A DNA stretch of 63,733 nucleotides, filler included, from Stramenopiles sp. TOSAG23-2 (GCA_900128395.1; 2 parts of 2 records of this genome joined end to end with filler, not necessarily neighbours in it); one strand, 5' to 3'. Positions 21,034 through 33,391 are shown, numbered from the whole stretch's first letter. Notes: a model not told the origin generated them from the sequence alone. A program made the numbers and translations.

Positions 21034-24000
21034 TTATGGGTTCGATCTTCGAACGAAAAATTTTAAACTTTCATTTTCAGTACTACTTTGTTCGCTAGAA
21101 TTTGCACTGTTAGTAGAGCTAATATTACTAGCAATACTGATATTACTATTTGAATCATGAGCTTGTTGACTATTATTATTATTACTATTATTATTATTCA
21201 ATGACATTATATTATTTAAAATTGTTAAGCCGGTTGAATTATCAGGAAGAACATTTGCAATGTCGATACTATCAGAACGAAGGCGTTTATTATTAATATT
21301 ATTGTTGGTTATTTCATCATCGTTACTCTTCCTTTTATTGACGTTATTACTAAGATTATTATTATTATTACCATCATCAATATTATCACCGTCCAATTGA
21401 CCACCATTATCAAAACCCAATTCACCACCTTCATCACCTTGCCAGACATTATTACTATTACTACTGAATCCTGCAAATGTGGTAGGTCCATTGATGGGAG
21501 AAGGACTGATCAGACTTGATGACGTTGGGAATCTATTTAAACTGGCTCCATTTTGTGATGAAAAACTTCTTCCTCCGGGTAATGAAGTTTGAAGATTTAT
21601 ACCACCTCCTACTAACGAATTGGTTCTATTTAATTCATTATTAATTCCAGTTAAAGAATTACTGTTGCCTAATAAGGAATTACTGCGCCTTGGTTCTATA
21701 GAGTTTTTTCTACTTAATGGATTAAATGGTGACATACTAATATCGGACGTCGTTTGAGAATTTACTCGCATCATTCCATCTAAACTGTCTATTTCACTTC
21801 TAGATACAAATAAATCTTGACTTAATGAATTTCCCCATTTCGGGCTAATTCCATTTTCAACATTTTGACTCAATATCGGGTTCAACGTTTGACTAAATGA
21901 ACGAGCAAAAACATTACTGCTTGGGTTATTATCATTAATGAACACGTTTAAATTATTGAAACCGGATAGACTACCGCCTTCCATATTTTTATTCCGCTCG
22001 TTGTTTTCAAATTCTGTTGCAAACTCTTGGTTTTCAAATTCCCGTAACGATTCGCGCCTATCAATTGTAGTTCTTTGGCCTTTCGTTTTTCGTTTCTTTT
22101 TCAAGATTTTAGGATTTTGATTGTTATTTTGCAATTGGTTAATTGGGTTGTTAATGGATGATAATGAAGAAGAAGAAGAAGAAATGCTTCCAACTTCTGG
22201 TTTTTGTTTCGTATCTTTTCCAATATCATTCAAATTTTTTGGAATATTGTTTTTCACTCTGTTGAATTTATTTTTAATTGATTTGTTAGTACGTTGTGGA
22301 TGAGTTTGTTGAAATACACTAACGTAATAATCAACACTTTTTGCCTTTTGCGCAGCATTTCCATATAAATAGTAGTAAAATACTTTCTGCAATGAGATCG
22401 TCTCCTCTGGTGACCAACTCTCATGAGCTTTTTTTTTACCAGTGTACCAATCACGTATTTTGCTTTTCGTACTTATAAGCGATTTAGTTTTTGGTTTTGT
22501 TTGGACGATATCCATGAAATATTTCTTAATGCCATTTTTCGTAAAACCAGGTAGAAATTCTTTCTGAATAGATTCAAAATCTGTATGCGTGTATTTTTTC
22601 AACCCTAGGAATAGCAGATCGTCTTCCCATGCCGTAAATGCACGTTGTCTTCTTATTCGTTTTTGGCCTGCTGGTTGGTATGTATCTACAACTGGGTATT
22701 TATCTGCCCTTTTATTTAATTTTGTGTCTTGAGAATTACCATTTATGTTATCACTAGTTACATTGAGCAATATTAATTCATTGTCAATAGCATCTATTTT
22801 ACTTCGAAAACGTAGCGGAAATCCATACACTTCAAATGGTTTGTATTTTGAAAGCCATGCTAAAATCTCTTTTTTACGCGTTTTGACTATCTCAGGTGAT
22901 GATAATACAAACACACATGCTTTTTTACCTCCACGATCGTCCATTGATAGATATTTCGGTGCCTCATCGATCAAGGGTAATTTTGACTTTGGCTTCGGAT
23001 TCGATGATTTAGAAGAAGAAGAAGATTTTTTCTTTTTCTTGGACGAGCGTGATGGAGAAGAGGAACCATTCATGGCTGCTAGCATTTCTGCTTTAGTAGA
23101 TTTTGGACATAGACGTAAAAGTTCTGGGATTAAATGCAAACCAGGAACAGCTAAAACTTTCGCCCGCTTTTTTTCAAGTGATAATCTTCTCGATGCTTTT
23201 TTTCGTTGTTCCCTCACATGTTTTCGTAACAAGGTACGCCGTTTTGATCCACCTGTTTCTACATTATTTGATATCAATCTACCATGGTACATTTTATCAA
23301 GCTCCAATAGATGATCATATAATTGATTATACATCATGACATCGCGATATGTAATGCTACGAGGGCTATGATCCATTTGATACCGACATTTCAAAAAGGA
23401 TTGTATAACTAGATGTAAATACGACCTTGTATTGCTTGTTAACTTTTCTAAATACCGTCTTCCTTCCTCAGTACTCATTTGCTCTTGTCTTCTTCGTTCT
23501 TTATTTGTTACATGTTGAGAGGGTGCCGTGATGGCATTAAGATCTGATAAATCGTTTTCAAAGCAATCTCTAACATCATTTATCAATTCCCTCCATTCCT
23601 TATTGCTTACAGTGCGATTTTCATCTTTTTCATCGTCTGCATCATCGTCTGATTCTCCATCGTGATCTTGATCTTTCTCTGGTGCATAATCATCGTCATC
23701 ACTGGATTCACTTTCCGACAATACAGCACTTTCATCAAACAATTCTGGATCTATTAAAAATGATTTAAAACGTTCGTATTCTTCATCTTCATCGACAATG
23801 CCAAAATCAAAATCTTCCTCTTCTTGCGGTAAATCTCGAACGAGTTGATCGAAAAAAGTATCCTCTTCCACTGCTGCGAGAGGATTTTTTGTCCGTGTCC
23901 TTTTTGCAATTGCATTGTCTATATCTTCTTCCTCATCTTCCTCATCTTCGATTTCCTCCCCATTTTTATCAAGTACTAGATTTATTGTAGTAGCATATAA

Positions 24001-24516
24001 AGCTGAAAATGGATCCGTGTTTGCTTGGTCCTCGGATTCATTTGCATTGTTATTATTATTGTTTTTATCTATTTTCTTTCCTCCTCTTTTTTCCATAACG
24101 ATGGCAGCACCATCCAGATTATTTTCATCATTATCCAAAGTTGCACCAACAACGTCTGGTGGTACATAATCTTCGTCATCATCGTCTTCATCAAAAGAAT
24201 CACTATCAATATCATCATCATCATCATCATCGCCACTATTACTATTATTATTATTATTTTTTACATTATTATTATCAGTATTTTTTTTCTGAGGCGATTC
24301 TGGTACCCACTCTTCTTCATCATCATCTTCATCATTACTACTACCATTTCCATATGGTAGATTGAAGGCACTGTTTCGATTATTATTATTATTATTATCA
24401 TTTGTGGTAGTAGTAGTAGTAGTAGTGGTGGTGCTGGTGCTGGTGGTAGTAGTGGTGGTAAGATTTACATTTTCAGTATCTTTATCAGTAGCATTTTGAG
24501 GTAGTAAGGAAGACAT
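21034..24516 (-). CDS. GON4L/DUO3-like Myb/SANT transcriptional regulator
   Basis: AIAKRTRTKNPL, DEDEEYERF, VSNKEWRELINDV, FTAWEDDLLFLGLKKY..DFESIQKEFLP, WSPEETISL. Confidence 0.65.
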   Translation of the reverse strand: MSSLLPQNATDKDTENVNLTTTTTTSTSTTTTTTTTTTNDNNNNNNRNSAFNLPYGNGSSNDEDDDEEEWVPESPQKKNTDNNNVKNNNNNSNSGDDDDDDDIDSDSFDEDDDDEDYVPPDVVGATLDNDENNLDGAAIVMEKRGGKKIDKNNNNNNANESEDQANTDPFSALYATTINLVLDKNGEEIEDEEDEEEDIDNAIAKRTRTKNPLAAVEEDTFFDQLVRDLPQEEEDFDFGIVDEDEEYERFKSFLIDPELFDESAVLSESESSDDDDYAPEKDQDHDGESDDDADDEKDENRTVSNKEWRELINDVRDCFENDLSDLNAITAPSQHVTNKERRRQEQMSTEEGRRYLEKLTSNTRSYLHLVIQSFLKCRYQMDHSPRSITYRDVMMYNQLYDHLLELDKMYHGRLISNNVETGGSKRRTLLRKHVREQRKKASRRLSLEKKRAKVLAVPGLHLIPELLRLCPKSTKAEMLAAMNGSSSPSRSSKKKKKSSSSSKSSNPKPKSKLPLIDEAPKYLSMDDRGGKKACVFVLSSPEIVKTRKKEILAWLSKYKPFEVYGFPLRFRSKIDAIDNELILLNVTSDNINGNSQDTKLNKRADKYPVVDTYQPAGQKRIRRQRAFTAWEDDLLFLGLKKYTHTDFESIQKEFLPGFTKNGIKKYFMDIVQTKPKTKSLISTKSKIRDWYTGKKKAHESWSPEETISLQKVFYYYLYGNAAQKAKSVDYYVSVFQQTHPQRTNKSIKNKFNRVKNNIPKNLNDIGKDTKQKPEVGSISSSSSSLSSINNPINQLQNNNQNPKILKKKRKTKGQRTTIDRRESLREFENQEFATEFENNERNKNMEGGSLSGFNNLNVFINDNNPSSNVFARSFSQTLNPILSQNVENGISPKWGNSLSQDLFVSRSEIDSLDGMMRVNSQTTSDISMSPFNPLSRKNSIEPRRSNSLLGNSNSLTGINNELNRTNSLVGGGINLQTSLPGGRSFSSQNGASLNRFPTSSSLISPSPINGPTTFAGFSSNSNNVWQGDEGGELGFDNGGQLDGDNIDDGNNNNNLSNNVNKRKSNDDEITNNNINNKRLRSDSIDIANVLPDNSTGLTILNNIMSLNNNNSNNNNSQQAHDSNSNISIASNISSTNSANSSEQSSTENESLKFFVRRSNP

Positions 24517-25229
24517 GTATATTTTGTTTTTGATATCAATTATTTAATCTATTTATTTCGTTGTTGTTATTGTCGTTGTATGTCACGTAGTTTCTTTTGG
24601 TTAATGGGTTGGTTAGAACAGATGGGATTGGGTTCAATTGTTAATTGGACGTAAGTATGTTATTATATAATCAATGTACCATTTATGTTTGTGTTATAGT
24701 GTGTGTTATTCAATATATCTTTTGATTATAAAATATATATTGTTTAGTTAATGTTATTTACCTGATGTATGAGTTTAATGAGAGGGTTTGCTTTTATAAT
24801 ACGACCTATTTTTAGTGTTTATTGGATATTTGGGACCTCAAAGGCTATTTCCATGCTATTGTAATTACAAAATATATGAATACCTTAACCTCTTTTCCTC
24901 GTTTTTTGAGATGAAAAGGAGAATCATCATTTTAATTTGGTGATAAATGCGATATATGCATAACCTTTTTTGATATGCATATCTATACTGTACGAACATT
25001 ATACATACTGTATATTTGTATATATATCATATACATCATACAAATTTTTTTAAAAAATACCACAAGAAATATGCGTGGTGTAATATGAATACAAGAAACT
25101 CTCTACCGCACTCTGGGTAATTTCAAATTTAAAATCTATTTTTACCACGGGGAGTACTCTTGTATTTTTTTTGTTAACAACACACACACACACACACTAT
25201 TATTATACTTTCCCCATCATCAAATAAAT

Positions 25230-26066
25230 TTATAGACCTTGTGGCAATGCTTTACCATAACCACTAGCAAATCGCATTGCATTATCTTTACCAGGATCAG
25301 AACGTTTACTTGGTTCCGCCCAATCAATTTTAAGAATCAAATGATCATAACCATAACCTTGCAATTTTTCCATTGCAAGTTGTGCACCAGCACGATCGAA
25401 AAAACTAACAAATGCAAAGCCTCTTGATAAACGTGTTTCACGATCAAGGGCGATGTATACACGTGTGACACGGCCATAATGTGAAAATAGATTTTTTAAA
25501 TCTTGCTCTGAAGCATCACTTGATAAATTCGTAACACGTAAAGTAGCACTATCGTCCCTAGTTTTCATCTTATCGCCTTCACCGCGCCCACCTCTTAAAC
25601 TTGGTGGTACATATTTCACAGCACCTCCGTCTGCATTTAAATCTCTTTCTACATCTTCCGCACGTGGCATACGTCTTAAACCACCACCCATAGCACGTTT
25701 TATTTGCATTTCCTTTAACCTTTCAATTAAATCATCACTAGCTTCCTTCTTTGGTTCAAATGGACTTTCTACTTTTACTGTATCAAGGGATTGAATGGTA
25801 ACATTCTCATCGATTGTTCCTGGTTCACCTTTTCCTTCCGCGTCGCCAAATTTTGCCCATTTCCTCCTCTCTGCAATTTGTTTGGACACTTCCTTTGTAA
25901 TTTTCTTTACTTGTATTCTTGTTGTTATTTCTACTTTTTTACCGTCATCATTTTTTTTCGTTTCAATGACTGTTTTAATACCATTTTCATCTGGACCTAA
26001 TACTTGCGTTGTTGGTTCAAAGTAGTAATCATCATCATCACCCCAACTGCCTGATATTGCTGCCAT
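25230..26066 (-). CDS. EIF3G: translation initiation factor eIF3 subunit G
   Basis: SWGDDDD, ERRKWAKFGDA, KYVPPSLR, RRM TLRVTNLS...SRGFAFVSF...GYGYDHLILKIDWA. Confidence 0.95.
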   Translation of the reverse strand: MAAISGSWGDDDDYYFEPTTQVLGPDENGIKTVIETKKNDDGKKVEITTRIQVKKITKEVSKQIAERRKWAKFGDAEGKGEPGTIDENVTIQSLDTVKVESPFEPKKEASDDLIERLKEMQIKRAMGGGLRRMPRAEDVERDLNADGGAVKYVPPSLRGGRGEGDKMKTRDDSATLRVTNLSSDASEQDLKNLFSHYGRVTRVYIALDRETRLSRGFAFVSFFDRAGAQLAMEKLQGYGYDHLILKIDWAEPSKRSDPGKDNAMRFASGYGKALPQGL

Positions 26067-26735
26067 CTTTGCTTCTTTATTATTTACTATTAACACTATT
26101 ATATCTTTCTGTATATCTTTTTATATATCTTCTGCTGTCTATCCATTTCTACAATGTCATCGTCTTTGTAGACATATATAGAAGGTATACATTATATATA
26201 CTGACCAGTAATTCATTAACATTAATAAAAATGAATGGAGTTCCGGGTTCCGGCTTTAAACCTTAGGGCTTCATTCCTTAGTATTCTAATTTCCCTTCCA
26301 AGTATAAACTACCTATATATGTGTCATTGATAGTGAAAAGAATATTTATGGTTTTTGGTACTCTAATTTCCATATTCAAGTATAAATTACCTGGTATTGT
26401 TATTTGCTAGCCCGCTAGGAAGAAATCGATGTGGATAATATCAATAAATATATTATATTAATATATTATGTCATATATATCCATGGATATTAATATAAAG
26501 AATTAAATTATTTATATTTAGAAGAAATATATAAGAAACAAGAGAGAGAGAGAGAGAAAGAAGAAGAAGAGATAAAAAGAAAGACAGAGAAAAGCGAAGA
26601 AAAGAGTATAGATATTGGGTAGTTACAATCACCTATTCTTCTGGTAAATTATTTTTTGTAAGAAGTATTGGAATATTAAACATTTACATATCAAAGGCAA
26701 TTACTTTTATTATCGCATATACCCAAAAAGTAAAA

Positions 26736-27515
26736 ATGTCTGCTCTAGCAACTGCTAAAACTTCGAACGAGTTGTTTTTGGACGAGGTACAGACAGGTCA
26801 GCGTAGAGCAGAATCCACTATACATGTTGGAAAACGAGGTAGAGAACGGTATAACAAATTTGAGGATATATACAATCCAAAAAAAGGTGAGTTAATTGTA
26901 CGTAATGGAAAAGCGGTGACTGCCATTTCTGAAACATATAAAATTGGGCAAAAAACTTTATATAAGCAGAGACAACGGAGACGCCATTTTAAATCAGAAA
27001 ATCTTTCCGAAGCTCTTCAAAGAATGCAAATAAAAACCATTGAAAGCAAGCTGAAAAAGAAGCAACCGCTTAATGAAAAAGAGAAAAAATTACATGGATA
27101 TATGCATGCAATGGAACTAAGAGAAAATTGTAAATATTGCGATTCCTGTAAAGGAAAGTGTGCCAGAGATTATTACAATAGTAAGATTAAAGATATGGAC
27201 AAAAAACTAAGCCAGGTAAGCAAAAAATATAAAAAATCTATTTTGAATTCTTACAGCATGGAAATGAAAAAATTACTTGGCTGTGTACGAGTCGTAGATA
27301 AAAAAAAAAAAAGGATAGATTACACACTGACAAAAAAAATAGAAAAAAAATGTGATGCTTTATTGGATACGTATGAAACAAAATGTGATGCTTTATTGGA
27401 TACGTATGCTGCACAGCTTCAAAAATTGAATAAAAACAACAATAACAAGAACAAAAACAAAAACAAAAACAAAAACAAAAACAAAAACAAAAACAAAAAG
27501 AAAGAAAAACCATAG
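26736..27515 (+). CDS. hypothetical Lys-rich protein with CxxCxxCxxxC motif
   Basis: 259-aa ORF; CKYCDSCKGKC; 30-bp internal duplication (KCDALLDTY x2); (AAAAAC)n tail. Confidence 0.55.
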   Translation: MSALATAKTSNELFLDEVQTGQRRAESTIHVGKRGRERYNKFEDIYNPKKGELIVRNGKAVTAISETYKIGQKTLYKQRQRRRHFKSENLSEALQRMQIKTIESKLKKKQPLNEKEKKLHGYMHAMELRENCKYCDSCKGKCARDYYNSKIKDMDKKLSQVSKKYKKSILNSYSMEMKKLLGCVRVVDKKKKRIDYTLTKKIEKKCDALLDTYETKCDALLDTYAAQLQKLNKNNNNKNKNKNKNKNKNKNKNKKKEKP

Positions 27516-28095
27516 CATAGAGATAAATTATATCATGCTTTAAAGTATTAAAAAAATTACGCGAGAAGAATTAATTAAAATTTGATACAAAAAAACGTAG
27601 AACTGTGTGTGCTTGTAAAACCTCTTCAGTCTTAAAATAGTTTTGTAAATTCTTTTGCCCTATCAAAATTTTAGCCTGGCAGGTAGTTTTATACCATAAC
27701 CATAATAAAATATAACGTATCACTATGTAACTTATACACACCTCTTATTGATTATTGAGATCCTTTAAATTTCTATTTTGTACTTAAAGAGGTTATTAGA
27801 ATACAAAAATGAAGTGAAGAAGAAGGTAGAAGGATCACAAAGTTCGTTATAGACACACATTTAGTCAAAGAAAAACATGTAGATTGTAAGTGGGTTGATG
27901 CAGAGAGAGATGACGACAAGAGAAAGTCTATAATATATATTATTCATATCTGAGGTACTGATATACTTCGTAGGTATAATATACAAATTTAACAGTACGT
28001 ATCGCCTTTATTTTCATCTTTCAATAACACTGGTGGTATTCTACAACTATATATATATATATATATAGTTCCGTAAAGAAAAAAAAGTAAGAAAT

Positions 28096-29196
28096 ATGGG
28101 AAAGAGAAAAACATCATCTTCTTCTGCATCATCTTCCCGTAATAATAACAGAAAGAAAAAGAAAATAATATCTACTAATAATTATAAAGATGCATTTTTA
28201 ATAAGAACATATAATCCATCAACTACTGCAATACAAAGAATTTTAAAATGGTGTATTGAAATTAAAAATTATAATAATAATAATAATAATAACCAACAAA
28301 TGGATTTTTGGATAAGTATAGATTGTACATTACCACGTTTAAATACTATCTTAAACGCTAAAAGCAAGGTAGATAACCATGGGAGGAAGAGAATTGAATG
28401 TGGTGTGAATCATGCTGATACAATAGCAAATATAACTGTTAAGGAACAAATCATCGATACAGTAAATACTAATGTCGATTTTAAAAATGATATAAAGATT
28501 GGAACAGATATCTATTTTCACGAATATACAGAATCAGATTTAATTTCATTGTATCCTAAGTTAAATGAAATAAATTCAGACAAAGCATATTCCAATTCAA
28601 GAATTAAGAAAGGGAATCGTTGTTCATTAGCTTGGGGTATGCATTGTGAAGCAATCAATTATTGGTACCGCGATGAAATTATAAACAAGTCAAATAGTAA
28701 TAGTAGTAGTAATCTTGATTTGTATTATAAAAATATTTGGGTATTTGAAGATGATGTAGGGTATTCTGGAAACATTTGTAATCTGCTTTCATATTATAAA
28801 AAGAATGAAGAATATGTAAATGCAGATGTTATAACATCAAATTTAACAAATGTTAAAAAACGTTGGTGTTGGAGAGATACTTGTAGTGAAAATTATAATA
28901 TAAATTATCCAATGAAAATAAGATATCAAACACAAGAACATTGTCAAAGATTTTCTTCAAAATTTTTAAATCATTTACATATGATAGGTATTGAAAAAGG
29001 TTGCCATGCATGGAGTGAATCGTTTGTACCGACTGCTTGTCTAGCAGATGGATTTATATTGAAATTTTTTGAAAAGTCACACATTGGTCCAACCTACGCT
29101 TGGAATGGACGAGTCGAAGCTAAAGAATGGGAGAAAATTATAAATTCCTATTCCAATAGGCCTAGAGATAAATTATATCATGCTTTGAAGTATTAA
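28096..29196 (+). CDS. hypothetical protein, possibly glycosyltransferase-like
   Basis: 366-aa ORF; IWVFEDDVGYSG acidic motif; RFSSKFL..L, ESFVPT.C, KLYHALK. Confidence 0.6.
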   Translation: MGKRKTSSSSASSSRNNNRKKKKIISTNNYKDAFLIRTYNPSTTAIQRILKWCIEIKNYNNNNNNNQQMDFWISIDCTLPRLNTILNAKSKVDNHGRKRIECGVNHADTIANITVKEQIIDTVNTNVDFKNDIKIGTDIYFHEYTESDLISLYPKLNEINSDKAYSNSRIKKGNRCSLAWGMHCEAINYWYRDEIINKSNSNSSSNLDLYYKNIWVFEDDVGYSGNICNLLSYYKKNEEYVNADVITSNLTNVKKRWCWRDTCSENYNINYPMKIRYQTQEHCQRFSSKFLNHLHMIGIEKGCHAWSESFVPTACLADGFILKFFEKSHIGPTYAWNGRVEAKEWEKIINSYSNRPRDKLYHALKY

Positions 29197-29346
29197 AGAA
29201 ATTATGCGAGAAGAATTATATTAAAACAAAGAATTAAAATTTTATACCCAGAGTATCATGTACATATATATATATGCATATTATGTGTGATAATGTACAC
29301 AATATTTTTTTTCATTTTTACGTGCACCACACGCATTTTTTTTTTT

Positions 29347-31637
29347 TTAAATTAAAACTTTACTCTCCTCACAAACCTTTATACTAAAATTTCAAATGGA
29401 ACTACAGGAAGTGCTTCAGATGGAGATCCAGGGCCGTATAAGGAACATGAAAGCAATTCGCATGCATATGATGCCCATAAATAACGTATCAATGTGTTTG
29501 ACGTTGTCATATGCATTTCATTATTGTTCATACTTTTAAGTAAAATTGTAGATGAACGTTTGATTATATGATATATATATTATAATATATATTATATATA
29601 TATACTCTTTTAATAAAGTACGAATCGCGTTGTCATATGCATTTCATTATTGTTCATACTTTTAAGTAAAATTGTAGATGAATTTACTGAAGTAACGGCA
29701 CCAGCAACACATTTAGTAACATTTTTTGGATCACAAATTTCCCAACCAACACTTGCATTACGTACATAGACAGCATTCGTATTCTTAAAAGTCAAAAAAA
29801 ATGATGTTCCATCAAAATGTCTTTCGACAGATGAAAGTATGGGACGCTTGATATTTTCTAATTTAATATCGAAAATAAAATTCAATGCTTGATCTCCTAA
29901 TCTAGCACCAAGTTCTTGTTTATGTCTACTATGAACGGAACCATATGGGCTTGTTTTATCGCCTAAATCAATAGCACTAGACATATATGTATGTGGCATT
30001 TTTTCATTTGGTACGTAGCCATAACCTGCTGTCTGTGCCCATCGTATTCCCGGTACGTCTAAATTAGATATATAGCTAGCTAGTTGAACAAAACCAAAAT
30101 ATTCAAACGATGAAAACTTCTTGCGCCAATCTGATATCATTTCAGGAAATCGACATTTATATAGCAATGCACCATGTTTTTGTCCAGAATTATTTTCTCC
30201 TTGAAACCATATAACACCACGAATAGTCGTTCGTAGCAAGGGTACTATCATACCATTCCATCCTTGTGTAGGTGATTGGGAGTCGTCCTCAGAAGAAGGT
30301 GATGATGGTGGTGAAGGACAAGCTTTCATTGCATCTTCAGACATCCAAAATTCGATTGGAGTTCCACCCCAGTTTGTATTCAAAATTCCTATTGGTATAT
30401 TTGTTGTTTGGTATACTCTACGGGCAAAAGTCCATGCCAACGCTGACATGTACAACCAATTATCATCTTCGACCACTTGCTTTTGCATCACTACGGAAAT
30501 ATTTGAACCAATACTCCATTTTTCTTCTACCTCTGGTTGTTGATTTAATGGTATTTTTGAAGCAATTTTTTTTGATGTAAATAATCTTATATTTGGATAG
30601 TTGTTTGCATCTTGAACTAATACACTGCCATTAAAAGCATTTTTTAATAAAAATGCCATGTTACTTTGTCCACTTGCAACAAAAACATCACCAAATAAAA
30701 TATCTACTAGTTTTATAATTGTAGATGGTGATGGTAACAAGACAGATGATGATGACGACGATTTAGATTGTGATAATAATAGTTGTGCGGTTACAATATA
30801 TGTTTCTGACGCTGATCCTTTTATCGAGGTTGGCAATGTTGCAATCCATTCACCAGAAGATAAATCAATACTTGCATTGACTATATGCAAAGGTTGATTT
30901 TTTTTATTATAACTGGATGTCGTATATAATGATACCATTACAAGTGATGAAGCGATTAAAGATGATGATGTATCATTCATCGTCGCAGTACCCCATATCT
31001 TTGCAACATATGGTTCACGTTGAAGAACCATATGGTCACCAAATGAAGATGCAAATTGAATAGTTCCAACATTATCGTTTATTCTTTCATTTGTCCTTGT
31101 TGTCACAGTTTCCATAGAAGGCCATGCGGGATCAAAAAAAGTTTGAACTTCAAATCGATAACATCCTAAGCCAGTTTCAATATTTTTATCATAAAAATTA
31201 AACGCATAAACAGCATATTTTTCACTACGATCAGGTTTTGTTGTTATTATAGATACTCCATTTTTATTATTATTATTATTGAACCATTCATAATATTCAT
31301 TAACTCGAGAACTGTTTTTTACGACGAGAGTATATGTAACAGGTTGAGCAGATGGACCTTCTGGACCACCATCTTTGCACGAAGGTGCACGACGTGTATT
31401 ACATACACCGCAAAAGTGCCCAACTGCTGTACGAAAGATACGGCATTCATCTTTTTGTTTTAAATTTAAAACTTCCTCTCCAAATACAGTCAAAAACGCA
31501 GCACCATCATCTAAACTATTGGCATAAAACCAAGTAATTTGTTGGTCTGCAATCGTTGGTCGTCTAGATACAACCATATTTACAATATATATTAATATTA
31601 CTAAAATGCAATATTTAAACTGTTGATGATAATTCAT
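29347..31637 (-). CDS. secreted VOC/glyoxalase-domain + sialate O-acetylesterase fusion; C-terminus interrupted by a 126-bp duplication/insertion
   Basis: signal peptide; FGDHMVLQRE, FGDVFVASGQSNM, WGGTPIEFW, GVIWFQGENN, DLGD..SPYGSVHSRHKQ; conserved tail IRYLW..ACE..CSLY..ALPVVPF lies at 29347-29500, beyond the ORF-track stop. Confidence 0.8.
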
Positions 31638-31937
31638 ATTTATAAGACCAAAAATATTTTTATGACGTTTCCGATGAATGTTTTGTAAATGTATGTCTTA
31701 TGTGTGTATATTGAATATATATAGATATGAAATATTTTTATTAATTATTTTTAATTTTGTTAAGTGCTTCTTAAAGGTGTGAGATATGGAGCTATTGCCT
31801 GTATTGGCTGCAAAACCTATTTCTTTTGTAGTCTAAGNNNNNNNNNNNNNNNNNNNNNNNNNNNNNNNNNNNNNNNNNNNNTTAATTAATTAANNNNNNN
31901 NNNNNNNNNNNNNNNNNNNNNNNNNNNNNNNNNNNNN

Positions 31938-32116
31938 TCACCATTTATCTTATCATACTTTCTATGTGTATTATATGTTGCTACGACAATAATAGTAATG
32001 ATTACAACCAGACGTGTCTTGAAAAACCAGGCGTTGTTATTGTTGTTGTTATTATTATTAATTTTTTTTTTTGTATCTTCATTCTTTACTTTTTTTTTAG
32101 AAGAAGAAGCAGGCAT
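31938..32116 (-). CDS. N-terminal fragment of a probable type II membrane protein running into the assembly gap
   Basis: MPASSSKKK...LVVIITIIVVATY followed by Ns. Confidence 0.45.
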
Positions 32117-32875
32117 TATTATTACTAAAAAAAAATTCGTAGATGGTGTCTACTATATATACATCTATATACCAATTCTATCTATTGTATTTGTTAACGA
32201 TGATTTTCTTTTTTTAAATTATATAAAGGTATTATTATTATTCATAAATATAAAACATACATATCTGATTTACTGATGCATACAACATATAATATCTAGA
32301 TAAACACACACAATAAAAATGTTACACAAAAAAGATCTATATCTATTATTACCACCAGATTATTACCAGATTATACACTAATCTCTGGTATCGACACAAA
32401 TCGATACAAAAACCGAAAAATATACGATATATTTTAATAGCACAATAGCACAATACTACAATATAATACTGTGTTCATTTTTTGATAGAAAACCAATCCT
32501 GTGTACTCTGTATTATACTACCTATTCACTACTGATCTTGATCTTGAGATGCCTCTAGCCTCTAGACTTTCCTTGAAAAGTTTTAGCCTCCCATAGTGCT
32601 GATTTTACTATTACAATACTGATAAATAGTCTATTATTTATTGTATTAGCTATTAATATACCATGTGCCATTATATTACTTGAAAAAAAAGAAGGGGCAT
32701 CAATTGATGATAAATATCGTTCTAATAATAAATTAAATAACTGTTTTTTACAAATTGCAACATAGAACAAACAATATAAAAAACTAAAGTAAGTCTTATA
32801 TTATTATCATCTACGATTTCAACACAGTTGTGAAATTCACACTCTTGCATAGATAGATAATCATAAAAAAGAAAA

Positions 32876-33391
32876 ATGAAATCACTTCTGTATATATTAA
32901 TTGTGATTGTATTAATTACCGTTTTTGCAACAACTGGAATAAGTGGTAAAAAGCTTAGAAATAATAAAGCACTATCACCAAAAAAGAAATTAGATCCTAA
33001 TTATGTTGACCCTGACACGTTTGCTAATATGCTAGGAAGGCCAAAAGAGGTAACTCACAGATGTATAGAAAAGGTTGCGTTAGAAACTTGTGATATGTAT
33101 TGTATGTGTCAAATTATGGTAAATCATCAAATTGGTCTTTGGGCTCATGTATTACCACAATCAGATGTCACAGAGTCAGATCCTAAAGACGTAAAAGATA
33201 AATACATAGGAGATAGTACACCTAGGTCTCAATGCGATATTTGGCGACAAAATGAAGATATTACGGATGAAAACTGTTATGCTATGTGTACAATGGCTGA
33301 ACAATATGTCTTAGCAGCTCATGGTTGGGATGCGAAAGTATGTGCACGAGCTGAAGAAGAAGGCAAGGCATATATTTTACATAAAAAATAA
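32876..33391 (+). CDS. secreted cysteine-containing hypothetical protein
   Basis: signal peptide MKSLLYILIVIVLITVFA; 8 Cys. Confidence 0.7.
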   Translation: MKSLLYILIVIVLITVFATTGISGKKLRNNKALSPKKKLDPNYVDPDTFANMLGRPKEVTHRCIEKVALETCDMYCMCQIMVNHQIGLWAHVLPQSDVTESDPKDVKDKYIGDSTPRSQCDIWRQNEDITDENCYAMCTMAEQYVLAAHGWDAKVCARAEEEGKAYILHKK

